From assembly GCA_963663965.2 (NCBI GenBank), contig CAXXFK010000006.1, positions 1 through 64,000 of the forward strand: a stretch of DNA of 64,000 nt. The letters run 5' to 3'. Origin of the DNA: Sedimentisphaerales bacterium (GTDB lineage: Bacteria; Planctomycetota; Phycisphaerae; Sedimentisphaerales; SM23-30). Of this stretch, positions 9,735 to 19,958 are shown piece after piece (within the stretch, counting starts at the first letter, position 1; each line of letters opens with the position of its first letter). The notes below the pieces were generated by a model. It saw only the letters and a list, made by a program, of their open reading frames with translations, was not told where the DNA came from and made no database searches. The translations under genes were made by a program, and so were the position numbers.

Positions 9735-10442
9735 ATGAAAAAAGTATGTGTCGTTTTGTTGGTATTCACGATGAGCATGGCGGCCTGGGCGGATTTTTTG
9801 ACGACACCGCATATTGCCGGTGATTTCAATGGCTGGGCTCCGGGCGATATTCCGATGGTAGAGACCGCGCCTGGAAGCGGGATCTGGGAATATACGATTG
9901 TCGGACTGAATCCGGGCCAATATCAGCAGTTCAAAATTACCCAGGGTGACTGGGATTCGAATTTTCCCCCGGCGAACAGCTGGTATACCGCCGATTCAGC
10001 CGGTGAAGTCACCGTGACATTTAACACCAATATTGTGTCTGACGGTTGGTTGCCCGAACAGGCACGTCTGGGTTTGAGTACCGATCCGGGAAGCTGGTCG
10101 GTGGTGGGTGACTATAACGGCTGGAACAATGCCGATCCAACCCAGCTGATGGCCTCGATGGGGGGTGGGATATACATGCTATCCCAGACATTGACGGCCG
10201 GGGTGTATAACCTGAAACCGGTCGTGACCGGCACGTGGGATGGTATTGGCACCCAGGGGCGGTCTATTGACGCGTGGAACTATGCTCTTACGCTGGATAC
10301 GGACTCTGAAGTCGCGGTCTGGGTAGATGCTCTGAGCGGCACGATGAAGGTGGAAGTAGTTCCCGAACCGGCAACGATGGCTTTGTTGGGATTCGGATCT
10401 CTGATGGCGCTGCGCCGGAAGAAACTGGCCGCATCGAATTAG
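9735..10442 (+). CDS. PEP-CTERM sorting-domain protein with two putative carbohydrate-binding beta-sandwich repeats
   Basis: Signal peptide; AGDFNGW and VGDYNGW repeats; C-terminal VPEPATMALLGFGSLMALRRKK; GGAGG RBS. Confidence 0.88.
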   Translation: MKKVCVVLLVFTMSMAAWADFLTTPHIAGDFNGWAPGDIPMVETAPGSGIWEYTIVGLNPGQYQQFKITQGDWDSNFPPANSWYTADSAGEVTVTFNTNIVSDGWLPEQARLGLSTDPGSWSVVGDYNGWNNADPTQLMASMGGGIYMLSQTLTAGVYNLKPVVTGTWDGIGTQGRSIDAWNYALTLDTDSEVAVWVDALSGTMKVEVVPEPATMALLGFGSLMALRRKKLAASN

Positions 10443-10491
10443 AAAAAAGTAAGTTATAACCGGCCCGCAAAGGCTGTAAATTATATTTCTG

Positions 10492-10546
10492 AGCCCAATA
10501 TCCACGACAACCCATCGCCGGGTTGCCTGTGGGTATTGGGCTTTTT
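10492..10546 (+). terminator. Intrinsic terminator after the PEP-CTERM gene
   Basis: Long stem AGCCCAATA...TATTGGGCT with inner CAACCC/GGGTTG, followed by a T run. Confidence 0.75.
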
Positions 10547-10650
10547 GTGTTTCGCCTTCGGGGAGGTGTTAAACGGGTAGAGAGGTCACGCAAACTAATG
10601 CGTTGGCCTGATCGTTATTATGGGGAATCAAGGATAGAGAAGAGCTTTTT

Positions 10651-11505
10651 TTATTTTCGCCGGGGGTAGTGTCGCATTAACCAGATTACATCGGGATTGT
10701 CGGGCCGCCGGTCACCTTTGGCAAAGGTCAGGGTTGGATCATCGCGATTGGCAAAAAAGGCAATGGTGTCTTTCGATTCCCATTTGTGGCTTTCGGCGTG
10801 GCCATCTGCGAAGCTGAAGGTGGCGGCGTCGCCATGATACAAGCCGAGGTTGTCCCAGAGGGCGTAATCGTCGCCGGTAATTGCGGTGTCGAAATACATG
10901 GACCAGCCGCCGTGGCAGAAGTTGGCGGCCTGGCCGTCGTAGCCATCTTCGACAAAAACGAACGATTCGGCCGGGTTCTTGATCGAGGTTATCCGCTTGA
11001 TATTCTCATAGGTATAGGTGCTTAAGTTGTCCGGTAATGAATAGCTGCGAAATATCTGATAACGGGACGAACTGCCCAGGCTGGTTCCTTTGATCAGGCG
11101 GTTGTCGCCGGGACAATGATAGACATCGACGGATTCATTGTATTTGAACAATTTGCCGGCCTTGATGCCATTTTGCCGGGATTCCAGGGTAACGTTATCG
11201 TCCAGGGTATCGACTTGAGTGGCGCCGTTGTAGACCAGGGGAGGGCGGCACCAGGCATAGCGATTCCATGGCGCGTTATTATCCTGATTGATAAAATTGA
11301 CATAGCCGATGACTAACAGATCGTCATTATCGCCGGCGTACATCGTGTACGACAATCCCAATGATTTCTGGTTGCTGACGCAGACGGCCATGGTGGCCTG
11401 TTTTCTGGCCAGTCCCAGGGCCGGCATTAAGATGCTGACCAGCAAAGCAATAATCGAAATGACCACCAATAACTCAATCAGAGTAAAACCAACGTTTCGC
11501 TTCAT
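10651..11505 (-). CDS. Prepilin-type N-terminal cleavage/methylation protein with H-X9-DG domain (planctomycete DUF1559-like family)
   Basis: [47 protein letters not shown]. Confidence 0.92.
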   Translation of the reverse strand: MKRNVGFTLIELLVVISIIALLVSILMPALGLARKQATMAVCVSNQKSLGLSYTMYAGDNDDLLVIGYVNFINQDNNAPWNRYAWCRPPLVYNGATQVDTLDDNVTLESRQNGIKAGKLFKYNESVDVYHCPGDNRLIKGTSLGSSSRYQIFRSYSLPDNLSTYTYENIKRITSIKNPAESFVFVEDGYDGQAANFCHGGWSMYFDTAITGDDYALWDNLGLYHGDAATFSFADGHAESHKWESKDTIAFFANRDDPTLTFAKGDRRPDNPDVIWLMRHYPRRK

Positions 11506-11533
11506 TGCTAATTACCTTTCAAATTATGCCATA

Positions 11534-14500
11534 TTAAGGAGTCGGCCCACCCGGAGTGGGTTGAGCCGCTTTCCAGTTGATAACATCGTTGCCGTAGGCG
11601 GCCGGGTCGATTCGCTGGAGAGAAGAGCCATCGCCGTTTTTGCCGTCGGCGGCGGTGGGCCAGGGCGAATCATCGTCATAATCGACTTTGTCTTCCCGGA
11701 CATAATAACGGGTATGGGTATCGGGGTCTTCGTCGGCAGGTGAACCGAGTTCAATGGGTTCGCCGCCGTCGGACAGACCACCGTCTGACCATTGCAGTAC
11801 ACTGTCTGGATTGCCGGGGAAGCTGGCGTAATAAGCCAGAAATTCGGCTTTATTTTCGACCAGGATCAGGTATCCGCCGGCCGGGATGGTGGTATTATCC
11901 GGGAAGATCAGATCCAGTTTGGCGTTTTCATCGGTAAAGCGCCAGGGTAAGAACTGGCCCAGCGGGTTGTCCCAGCATTTCAGGGTAACCGGGTCATTGG
12001 AATTGTTATAGAGTTCGACAAATTCGCCACCGGAGTTGGCGCTATTGGGATTGTACATGATTTCATTAATCACAATCGGGCCGACACGCGGGGCGCTGTT
12101 TTCTTCACCCGGAGTGGGATAGGCCATTTCGACCAGGCTGTATTTGCCATTACTTTTCAGATAGCGGCCCATAGAGGTATCAGGGCGTGTGGCCCCGAAA
12201 TTTTCCGAGTCTTCGTAGCCGACGGTAGTGGCGGTCAGGTAAACCGTTTCGCCATTTTCGGTCAGGCCGAAGGGGATATTGGCCGGGTCGGAGGGCGGAT
12301 TCTGGCCGAAACTGGAATCCTGATAAAATACTTTGAAACCATGACGCGGAATAATGGTAGCGGGCGGAATCAGGTATTTGTATTTGTTGCTGCCATCATC
12401 ACTGAGATACCAGCCACCGATATTGATGTCGCTGCCAGTGGTGTTTTTCAGTTCGATCCAGTCGTACGGATAGAGTTGGTCGGAATGGGCCAGGACTTCG
12501 TTGATCAGGATGGCATTGGGCGGGAGCCGATCCAGATCGGGTTGGCCGGGAGTGCCTTTGAGGACGGAACTGGGCAGCCAGGCGGTTTTTACGTCCCATT
12601 CGACCGGGTCGGCCGTATCGTCCCAGATGGTCAGTGAGAACCCTTCGCCGTCGGTCAGGTCGAACCAGCCGTCCTGATATTTGAAGTCGTGGATGACGGC
12701 GCCCAGGGCGTCGACCAGGACGATACGCTCACCGGCGTTGTCGAGTGAGCCTTGGTAGACGCCGGCAATCTGTCCACTGAAAGTTGGGTATTGGGTGTTG
12801 AAGGCATCCAGGTTACGAACGAGAACGATGTATTCGCCGGGGGCAAGAGCCATATCGGGAAATTCAAAGTCGATCCCGTTGGTGAATTTCGCCAACGCCG
12901 GATTGATGGTTTGGGTGGTACTGATATTGCGCAGTTCGATAAATTCCGCATTGGGATCACCGGCGGGGGCTTCGTCCGGATGGTACATAATTTCGGTAAT
13001 CCGGAGATAATCCACGACCGGTCCAACAGCAAAGGTGGCTTCATGCAGGGCGGACCAGTTGCCATTGGTTAGTGAACGCGCCTTGATATGAACGCTCTTA
13101 TTTAGAACCGGCGGATTCAAGCTGGAATAAACCTTGATGTTATTTGTAGTAGTGGTTTCGGTTTTGGTTCCGATGAGCTCGATGCCCATGAGAAAATCAT
13201 TGTTGGTTGCGGCCCTGTTCATACCGTGAATGGCCAGTATATGGGAACCGGAAGTCAAGCCACTGATGATGGATGGATCGGTAATCGTAAAGGTTTCCTG
13301 TAAAACGGCCAGGGAGTCACTGTGAGAAGCCGTGGCATAGGCATCCCAATCTTCATTATTGGCGTTAACCGCATAGAAGGGTGCTCCATCCAGATAGGCG
13401 ATAAAGCCATCGTCGTAGCGGACCTTGAGTTCCAGAGATTCGATGGCTTCATTTCCCGTCAGGGTAAAGGGGATGCGAATAAAACAGGAGGCGTTTTCAC
13501 GGTACATTTCGCTTCTGACATTAATATCAATCAAGTTGGCGTAATCGGCCGGGTAGCTTTCGAAGCCGACGATTCCAGATTCGAAGCGCCATTCAGAATC
13601 CGGAGTATAGGCTGGTAATTGCCAGGAATCGCCAATGTCCTGGGTGGGCACCAGAACGTATTTCATGGCGTCTTCGGGGACCAGGTTGATTCTGATTACG
13701 TTGGAGCCGGCATAGTCGCCGGGATCGGTTATTCCGTCGGTGGTATAGATAATGGTATTGCCCTGATGGTTGTCCATGGTTAGAATCGCGCCGGTGGCGG
13801 CGGCGCCGCCGTGCTGAAGCGTACCATTGACGTAAAAATCAGGTGGATCGAAGGCAGGATACCAGCCAAGGGCGCGGAACTGGCCGATCATGTCATCCCG
13901 ACGGACCGGCAGGTAGCTGTTGACCAACCATTGCCGCTGGGTCCACCATTCATTGTTGCGGGTATATGGAGTGGCACGACGGAAGTCGCCCCAACGGGCC
14001 GATTCGCCGACGATGGCCCGGTCGATTTCATTGGCTATCTGGATATAATGTTGAATCACTTTAGCTGGAGTCAATTCGCCATCATTGTAAAGATGGCGGT
14101 AGATCCGATCGCCAAACAAGGTGGCATATTCGGGGTTTTCCATCCATTTATAATGAATACCAACCGGTTTGTCGGCTTCATCGTTGGCGGTTTGATTTTC
14201 ACCAACACCTTCCATGATATGTTCGCCGTCCCAGCAATGGAAACGCCAGCGGCCGTCAGGGTCCTTCGGATTGCGCGATGCGTACCAGTTTTTGTGTGAC
14301 CAGTCCCAATTACCCAGATAAAAATTCAAAATCAGGTAGTCGATAAAATTGGGCACATCCATGGCCTGTTGAAAACTGGTATAATCTGTGGAAGGGATAT
14401 TGAGCATCTGATTGTAGTCTGTGGCCGAGCCATTGACGACAATGGAATTATCGTGTTTGAGGATATCGTAATCATCCGGTTCGCCGCCCAGATAAGCCGC

Positions 14501-17191
14501 CGCGAACGATTCGTCGGGTCTTTCATGGAGCCAGTACAACCCCCAATACAGGCCATTGAGATAGAAATGGACCGGCCTGCCGTTGGGCGCCCATCCGCCC
14601 ATGTCATTTTGCATATCGGCAATAAACTGGTCGCGAGTGTACTGGGCCCGGGTCTGCTGTCCGGTATCGCTGTGATACCAGACGTTGTTGGAACGGGCGT
14701 CCAGGACGAAGGTGTCGAACCAGTTGGTGGCGCCGGGATCTTCAAACAGGTCGTACCGCAGTTTGCTGGGGCCGTACCCTCCGCGGAATACCACCCGCAT
14801 GGAGAGCTTGGGTATTTTCCAGCGGTCCAGACTGGTGCCGCCGGAAATTCCGGCACCGCCCTGCATCCGGACACCGCAATTGACATGAAATCCTTCTTCC
14901 TGCCCGGCAGGGTCCATTAATTCCAGCGAACAGGTCCGCTCGGTGCCATCCTGGGATTGGTTGGTATAGATACCGGTGGCGCCAAACAGGAAATCGATGT
15001 CCGTCACCAGCGATACGGTTGGGATGGCTTTCAGATCGTCGACAAAATTATTGGCGTAAAGACTTCCAAACGTTCCCGAAGGATTAGCGATATCGGGATC
15101 GACCTGATAATCGCCGGTAATGGCCGGACCACCATCAGATATCCATTGGGACGGATAACCATCCGGGACGACGGTTCCGCCGGAAGTATTGGTGCCCTGG
15201 TTTTTGACGTTTGCCAGATACAGGTAAGTCTGAGTGTCGATATTGGTGGACAGATAGTTTTCTTTATATGCCATGACTCTCAGGCAGGTAGTTTTGGTGA
15301 TATTGATCGGATTGCCAGAGACATAAGTTGTGCCATGGGCCGGTCCGGGTTCGCTGGAATCCGTTGTGTAGCGGATGATCGCTCCTGGGGTATCGCAACT
15401 CAACTCGACAGAGATCGGATCGTTATAAAAGCCTCTGTCGACACTGAAGTGAGTGTCGGCGACCACGCCTTGCCAGGCATCGGCATTATCATTGCCAAAC
15501 GTTCGGGATTTCAGATATCCGATTCGATCATTTGCACCAATACCGTAACTGATCAGGCCGCGCTGAGAGGGATAGTCGACGTATTCATGGGCAATGGTGA
15601 CGCCATCCGGCTCGACCAGGGCCAGATAGCCGCCGTCCCCGTCAAGATCGAAATTGGTATGCAGGGCGCCATAGACATCAATATAAGGGTAGTTGTCGGG
15701 ATAGCGATCCTGGTCTTTGTTGGAGGCCCAGACGATAAAATGACCACCGCCGGCAATCTGATAGCCAGTGGGGAATTGCCATTTGGTCAGGTTGTCCGGG
15801 TTGTCGGTCAGATACCAGCCGTCCAGACTGATCGATTCCTGGCGGGTATTGCGGAGTTCGATCCAGTCGGCGTAATCGAAATGACCCTCGACATTGGTGT
15901 AATTCAAATCGGCAGGGGCCGGCCGGAAATTGGAAAGATTGGAATTGATGGCCAGGAATTCATTGATAATTAAGGGTGAATCGGGCAAGCCGACGTAAGT
16001 GCTGGTCAATGTCAGGGATTGATGCCGCGATAAATAAATCGTTCGATTTTGCGGTTCGCTCCAAGTGACTACGGATTTAAATTCGATGGTATGATCTCCT
16101 TCACGAATCAAATCCAGTTTCTGGCCGCTGTTTTGCCATACCCCTTCATCGATACGCCATTGAGCCCCATCCGTTGCGGCTTCGGGTGGCAGGATGTTGA
16201 CCTGAACCGAACCGGTCCAGTCGGCCAGCCAGTTTTCGCTCAGCATGGCGTAATCCGGCAGATTGACCCCATCTTCGCCCTGGAAGTCGGCGTCAACGCC
16301 GATTTCTCCCAGCCATTGTTCGACAAAAAGGGCGTAGTCGGCCAGATCGACAATGCATTCATGGGTTAAATCGCCCACCGGGCAATCCGGAGGTAAAACG
16401 GAAATGAGTATCTCCTTTTCGCGCGACAGCAAGCCATCGCTGGCCCGGAGTTTCAAGGTGTAATTGCCCGGTCCGGGGAAGATAACCCGGGAATTCAGGG
16501 TATTGGCATCCGGGTCGAAAACCACCTGGGCAGGACCTCTGACCAGTGACCATCGATATTCCAGAAAGCCTTCCGGATCTCCTTTGCCATCATCCTGAAC
16601 CTGGCCGGTGAGGTTAATATAATTTTTGGGCCACAGGATTTCTTCGTTATTGCCGGCGTTAACCACCGGGGCATGATTGACCGTACCCAGCGGCGTGATA
16701 TCGATATAACACACATGGGCATTGATGGCCCATTGGGTGGGTTTGAGGGTCATTCTGCCATCTGTGACCTCAATCGTCGCTTCGAATTCATCAAAATAGG
16801 TCTGATCGTAATCTTCCAGCAAAGTCCCCTCCAGGTTGATATCATTGATCGGGGCTTTATTGGTCGGATCGCCACAAACCAGAACCACGTCATAAAGGTC
16901 GTTTTCCAGTTCGATTTCCCAGACTGCCGGGGGATTCCCGCTATATTGCAGTGACGCCAGGGTATCCTTGCGTTGATCCACATCTTCATCGTGCCGGTCG
17001 TAAAACCCCCAGATCATTTCACTTTGCCAGCCATAGGTATACCCGTTATTCCGATCGCCGAACGCCTGGCCGCTATCGACAAGGTAATCGGGGGGGATCT
17101 CGGAATCGGCCGGCTGGAAATTAATCTTGATCGTATTCCCCAAGGTAATGCTGCACAACAATACACAAATAATGAATATCCTGGTTGTCAT
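11534..17191 (-). CDS. 1885-aa secreted CotH-family kinase with lamin-tail domains, PKD-like, dockerin-like and Fn3/chitobiase domains
   Basis: Signal peptide; APVVNAG (PKD-like); GDLTHECIVDLADY; four INEFLA/ITEIMY/INEVLA/INEIMY...DWIEL/EFIEL lamin-tail units; FSVDRGFY..IRYTTD; CotH motifs YLNGLYWGLY..ERP, NWDW..KNW, WDGEH. Confidence 0.88.
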   Translation of the reverse strand: MTTRIFIICVLLCSITLGNTIKINFQPADSEIPPDYLVDSGQAFGDRNNGYTYGWQSEMIWGFYDRHDEDVDQRKDTLASLQYSGNPPAVWEIELENDLYDVVLVCGDPTNKAPINDINLEGTLLEDYDQTYFDEFEATIEVTDGRMTLKPTQWAINAHVCYIDITPLGTVNHAPVVNAGNNEEILWPKNYINLTGQVQDDGKGDPEGFLEYRWSLVRGPAQVVFDPDANTLNSRVIFPGPGNYTLKLRASDGLLSREKEILISVLPPDCPVGDLTHECIVDLADYALFVEQWLGEIGVDADFQGEDGVNLPDYAMLSENWLADWTGSVQVNILPPEAATDGAQWRIDEGVWQNSGQKLDLIREGDHTIEFKSVVTWSEPQNRTIYLSRHQSLTLTSTYVGLPDSPLIINEFLAINSNLSNFRPAPADLNYTNVEGHFDYADWIELRNTRQESISLDGWYLTDNPDNLTKWQFPTGYQIAGGGHFIVWASNKDQDRYPDNYPYIDVYGALHTNFDLDGDGGYLALVEPDGVTIAHEYVDYPSQRGLISYGIGANDRIGYLKSRTFGNDNADAWQGVVADTHFSVDRGFYNDPISVELSCDTPGAIIRYTTDSSEPGPAHGTTYVSGNPINITKTTCLRVMAYKENYLSTNIDTQTYLYLANVKNQGTNTSGGTVVPDGYPSQWISDGGPAITGDYQVDPDIANPSGTFGSLYANNFVDDLKAIPTVSLVTDIDFLFGATGIYTNQSQDGTERTCSLELMDPAGQEEGFHVNCGVRMQGGAGISGGTSLDRWKIPKLSMRVVFRGGYGPSKLRYDLFEDPGATNWFDTFVLDARSNNVWYHSDTGQQTRAQYTRDQFIADMQNDMGGWAPNGRPVHFYLNGLYWGLYWLHERPDESFAAAYLGGEPDDYDILKHDNSIVVNGSATDYNQMLNIPSTDYTSFQQAMDVPNFIDYLILNFYLGNWDWSHKNWYASRNPKDPDGRWRFHCWDGEHIMEGVGENQTANDEADKPVGIHYKWMENPEYATLFGDRIYRHLYNDGELTPAKVIQHYIQIANEIDRAIVGESARWGDFRRATPYTRNNEWWTQRQWLVNSYLPVRRDDMIGQFRALGWYPAFDPPDFYVNGTLQHGGAAATGAILTMDNHQGNTIIYTTDGITDPGDYAGSNVIRINLVPEDAMKYVLVPTQDIGDSWQLPAYTPDSEWRFESGIVGFESYPADYANLIDINVRSEMYRENASCFIRIPFTLTGNEAIESLELKVRYDDGFIAYLDGAPFYAVNANNEDWDAYATASHSDSLAVLQETFTITDPSIISGLTSGSHILAIHGMNRAATNNDFLMGIELIGTKTETTTTNNIKVYSSLNPPVLNKSVHIKARSLTNGNWSALHEATFAVGPVVDYLRITEIMYHPDEAPAGDPNAEFIELRNISTTQTINPALAKFTNGIDFEFPDMALAPGEYIVLVRNLDAFNTQYPTFSGQIAGVYQGSLDNAGERIVLVDALGAVIHDFKYQDGWFDLTDGEGFSLTIWDDTADPVEWDVKTAWLPSSVLKGTPGQPDLDRLPPNAILINEVLAHSDQLYPYDWIELKNTTGSDINIGGWYLSDDGSNKYKYLIPPATIIPRHGFKVFYQDSSFGQNPPSDPANIPFGLTENGETVYLTATTVGYEDSENFGATRPDTSMGRYLKSNGKYSLVEMAYPTPGEENSAPRVGPIVINEIMYNPNSANSGGEFVELYNNSNDPVTLKCWDNPLGQFLPWRFTDENAKLDLIFPDNTTIPAGGYLILVENKAEFLAYYASFPGNPDSVLQWSDGGLSDGGEPIELGSPADEDPDTHTRYYVREDKVDYDDDSPWPTAADGKNGDGSSLQRIDPAAYGNDVINWKAAQPTPGGPTP

Positions 17192-17312
17192 TTCAGAGGT
17201 TCTCGTATAGTTCTCTTTTTGTTTTGATACATTCTAAACCGGCAGAACCGGCGCCAAACTGGGGCACAGCAGCATGCCAGTCTATTGAAATTTCTTTGCT
17301 ATTTTATACAAA

Positions 17313-17341
17313 ATTATACTCGTTAAAGACAAAACCGGCAA
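17313..17341 (-). promoter_or_regulatory. Putative sigma70 promoter of the CotH-prepilin operon, flanked by a 24-bp repeat pair
   Basis: Minus strand TTGCCG-N17-TATAAT; imperfect 24-bp direct repeats at 17236-17259 and 17332-17355. Confidence 0.55.
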
Positions 17342-17501
17342 CGCCGACGCCAAACCGTATTTCGACGGTATATCGTCCGGCTTACTGGTTATTTTACGCA
17401 AGCTATTTTGTCAGAGGTCCAGGCGAGAAACAAGGTACAAGGCACAGGTCACGTGTGTCTGTAACTTTTCTGGTGTGGTTTGAGGGTTGGCTGGGCTAAG
17501 C

Positions 17502-17547
17502 AAAAGACCTGCCGGGCATATGGTTTGAACCATACACCCGGTCAGGT
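17502..17547 (-). terminator. Intrinsic terminator after the LamG gene
   Basis: Minus strand ACCTGACCGGGTGTATGGTT...AACCATATGCCCGGCAGGT followed by CTTTTGCTT. Confidence 0.7.
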
Positions 17548-19667
17548 AATTTTGATATTATTGGAAGATCATAGACCTGTTAGAATGGCCATGTGCAGTC
17601 AGGATTTTCCGGATCATTACACAGTAAGAAATTAGCGGCAAAGATGAGAAAATCATCAATATCCACTTTGCAGTCCTGATTCAAGTCGGCAGGCATAATC
17701 AAGCCGGCTGCCTTGACATCTTCGCAAGTGGGACTGATCAGTTCGATAACTAACGAAGCAGTAATGGTGGCATTGGCGGCACGATCCTGGACAGAAAGCT
17801 CCAGGGTATAGGTGCCGAACTTGGTAAAGGATACATTGGTGTCCACCATAGTGGGATCGGTGAAACTGGCAAATGAAGTGCCATCCGCAATTTCACCTTC
17901 AGGAGTCAGATAATTGCTGACTGACCAGCTGACAATGTGGTCCGAGGTCCCGTTCAGGCCATTATCGGTGACTGTACCATCCAGGCCGATTTCCTGACCA
18001 ATGAAATATTGCCAGGGACTGTCAATGTTTTCATCGGCGAACACGACGGAAACCCTGGGAGCCAGAGGCGCCATGGCGGTGATGGAAGCGATACTGTCGG
18101 CGCCGGTAGTGTCGGTTTCGAGCAGCGTATAGTTATAGACACGCAGGTCATCGATCAGGCCGTTCCACTCTTTGGTATTGATGTTGGCATTGTTGGGGTC
18201 CGCCACAGCACCATTATCAGTAGGGATAGTGGCAATCCCGGCGCCGATAAAGGCATGCTGCATACTGGTGCCGGACAGGTCATAACCGGCTGAGACATAA
18301 TCAGTATCTTCCAGAATGCCGTCTACATAGACCTTGTTCTTGATACCATCGCTGACACCGATAATGCAGTGCCATAGATTGTCATTTATTACGGTAGAGC
18401 CTTCCGATTCGAATTTGGTAATATTGTCATCAGTGACAAACCGGCCATGGCCACGATAGGTCTTGAGCAGGTAACGGATACCATTCGACTGGTCGGCGCC
18501 CTTGCTGAAGATATTCATATAACCCAGATTGTCATTGAAGGCGGTGTCCGCCGGAGCCATTTTGACCCAGGCTGTAACGGTGAATTCGGTGGGAGCCGGC
18601 TGGTCCAGTTTGGGAGCGTCCATGTCGATATGGATGTAGTTGGGTTCGTCCTTATGTACCGGAGGATTGACATCCGCGTCAAAGGAGTTGATGAGCTGGA
18701 CGGCCTGGCCAATAGCGCCATCCGTGTAGGTGACTATCCCAACGGGAGTTCCATCGTAACTGCTGACCGAATCGATCAGGTCATTTTCAAAAGCCCAGTG
18801 ACTGATTAATCCGTCGGTTTCAGGATCGTAGGGGCGGACATCGACGACCGCGTTGGCATCAACCGTGCTTGTGCCATCTTCGGCTCTCAAACGCAGGGCA
18901 TAATAGCCATCGGCAAGCGCAGTGATAGTACTGGTTACGGTGGTAACATTGCCTTCAGTCGTATCAGTGGAAACAATTGACAGACCGCTGGAAGAACCTG
19001 AAGCGAATACCCAGCTATAACTCAGGGGGGCGAGCGGATCCCCTAGAATGGGGCCGCTATCGGTGATGGTGCCCACGATTTCAAACACATCGCCCACCCG
19101 GCCCATGCGATGCCAGTCGGTAATTGATACTGACGGCGGAGGATCGATCGTTGGATCGAACGGGATGACCGCGATGCCAAACATGTTTCTGGCATCCTGA
19201 GTTCCGGCCGTAATCGTTACTGTACCAGGGGCGAAATGCTGTTTGAAGAGGGTAGCTGTTTGATCGATATCGCCATCACCGGCTTCATCATAACCTATTT
19301 GCAGGCCGGTATTCTCAAAATTTTCCTTTACCCAACCGAGCAGAGCCGTATTGGCAATTACCCGGTTATCGATCATAAGAATAACCTCGGCCCAGTCGGA
19401 TAGCACAACGTCATATTCTACATCAGCATCGCCTTTGTCATCGTTGGCGGTTTTGACATACTCGGCGCCCAGGATAAGAGCGGGAATATTATTCCACTGG
19501 TGGGTCCGGTCAACGAAACACAGAGAATCTTCTGCAAGTGGGGTCGCAGAAATCTCTGGCGCTGTTCGAGTATAATACTCCCCAAAAACTGGACAAAAAA
19601 ACGGTGATTTTTAGATGGAATTGCCGCCTGAACCGATTGAATAATTCGTATTCAGGAGACAGTTTTA

Positions 19668-19958
19668 ATGAAAGGCAAACGGCGAAATCACAGTGCCCAG
19701 TTTAAGGCGAAAGTGGCCCTGGCCGCCCTGAAGGGCGACAAGACGCTGGCGGAGTTGGCCAAGGTTTACCAGGTACACCCGACTCAGGTTACCCAGTGGA
19801 AAAAGGAGCTTTTGAATGCCTTGCCGGAGATCTTTTCTCTGAGGCGCCACCAGGATCAGCGCGAGCAGCAGGCTTTGGTGGATCAGTTATATCAGCAGAT
19901 CGGCCAACTCACGATGGAGTTGGACTGGCTTAAAAAAAAATCCGGGCTTGACACTTGA
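19668..19958 (+). CDS. IS3 transposase OrfA (HTH)
   Basis: KRRNHSAQFKAKVALAAL..TLAELA..YQVHPTQVTQWKK..LYQQIGQL..ELDWLKKK. Confidence 0.9.
   Translation: MKGKRRNHSAQFKAKVALAALKGDKTLAELAKVYQVHPTQVTQWKKELLNALPEIFSLRRHQDQREQQALVDQLYQQIGQLTMELDWLKKKSGLDT

Noticed and set aside
10460..10600. c-di-GMP-I riboswitch suggested by CGCAAA motifs
   Set aside because: Lacks the GGCAAACC..GNRA..GACGCAAAG architecture and lies between convergent 3' ends.
14957..15973. 338-aa plus-strand ORF, and similar long antisense ORFs (38199..39059, 40824..41735, 42246..43016, 53573..54541, 61411..62103)
   Set aside because: Antisense shadows of well-supported genes; no recognisable motifs.
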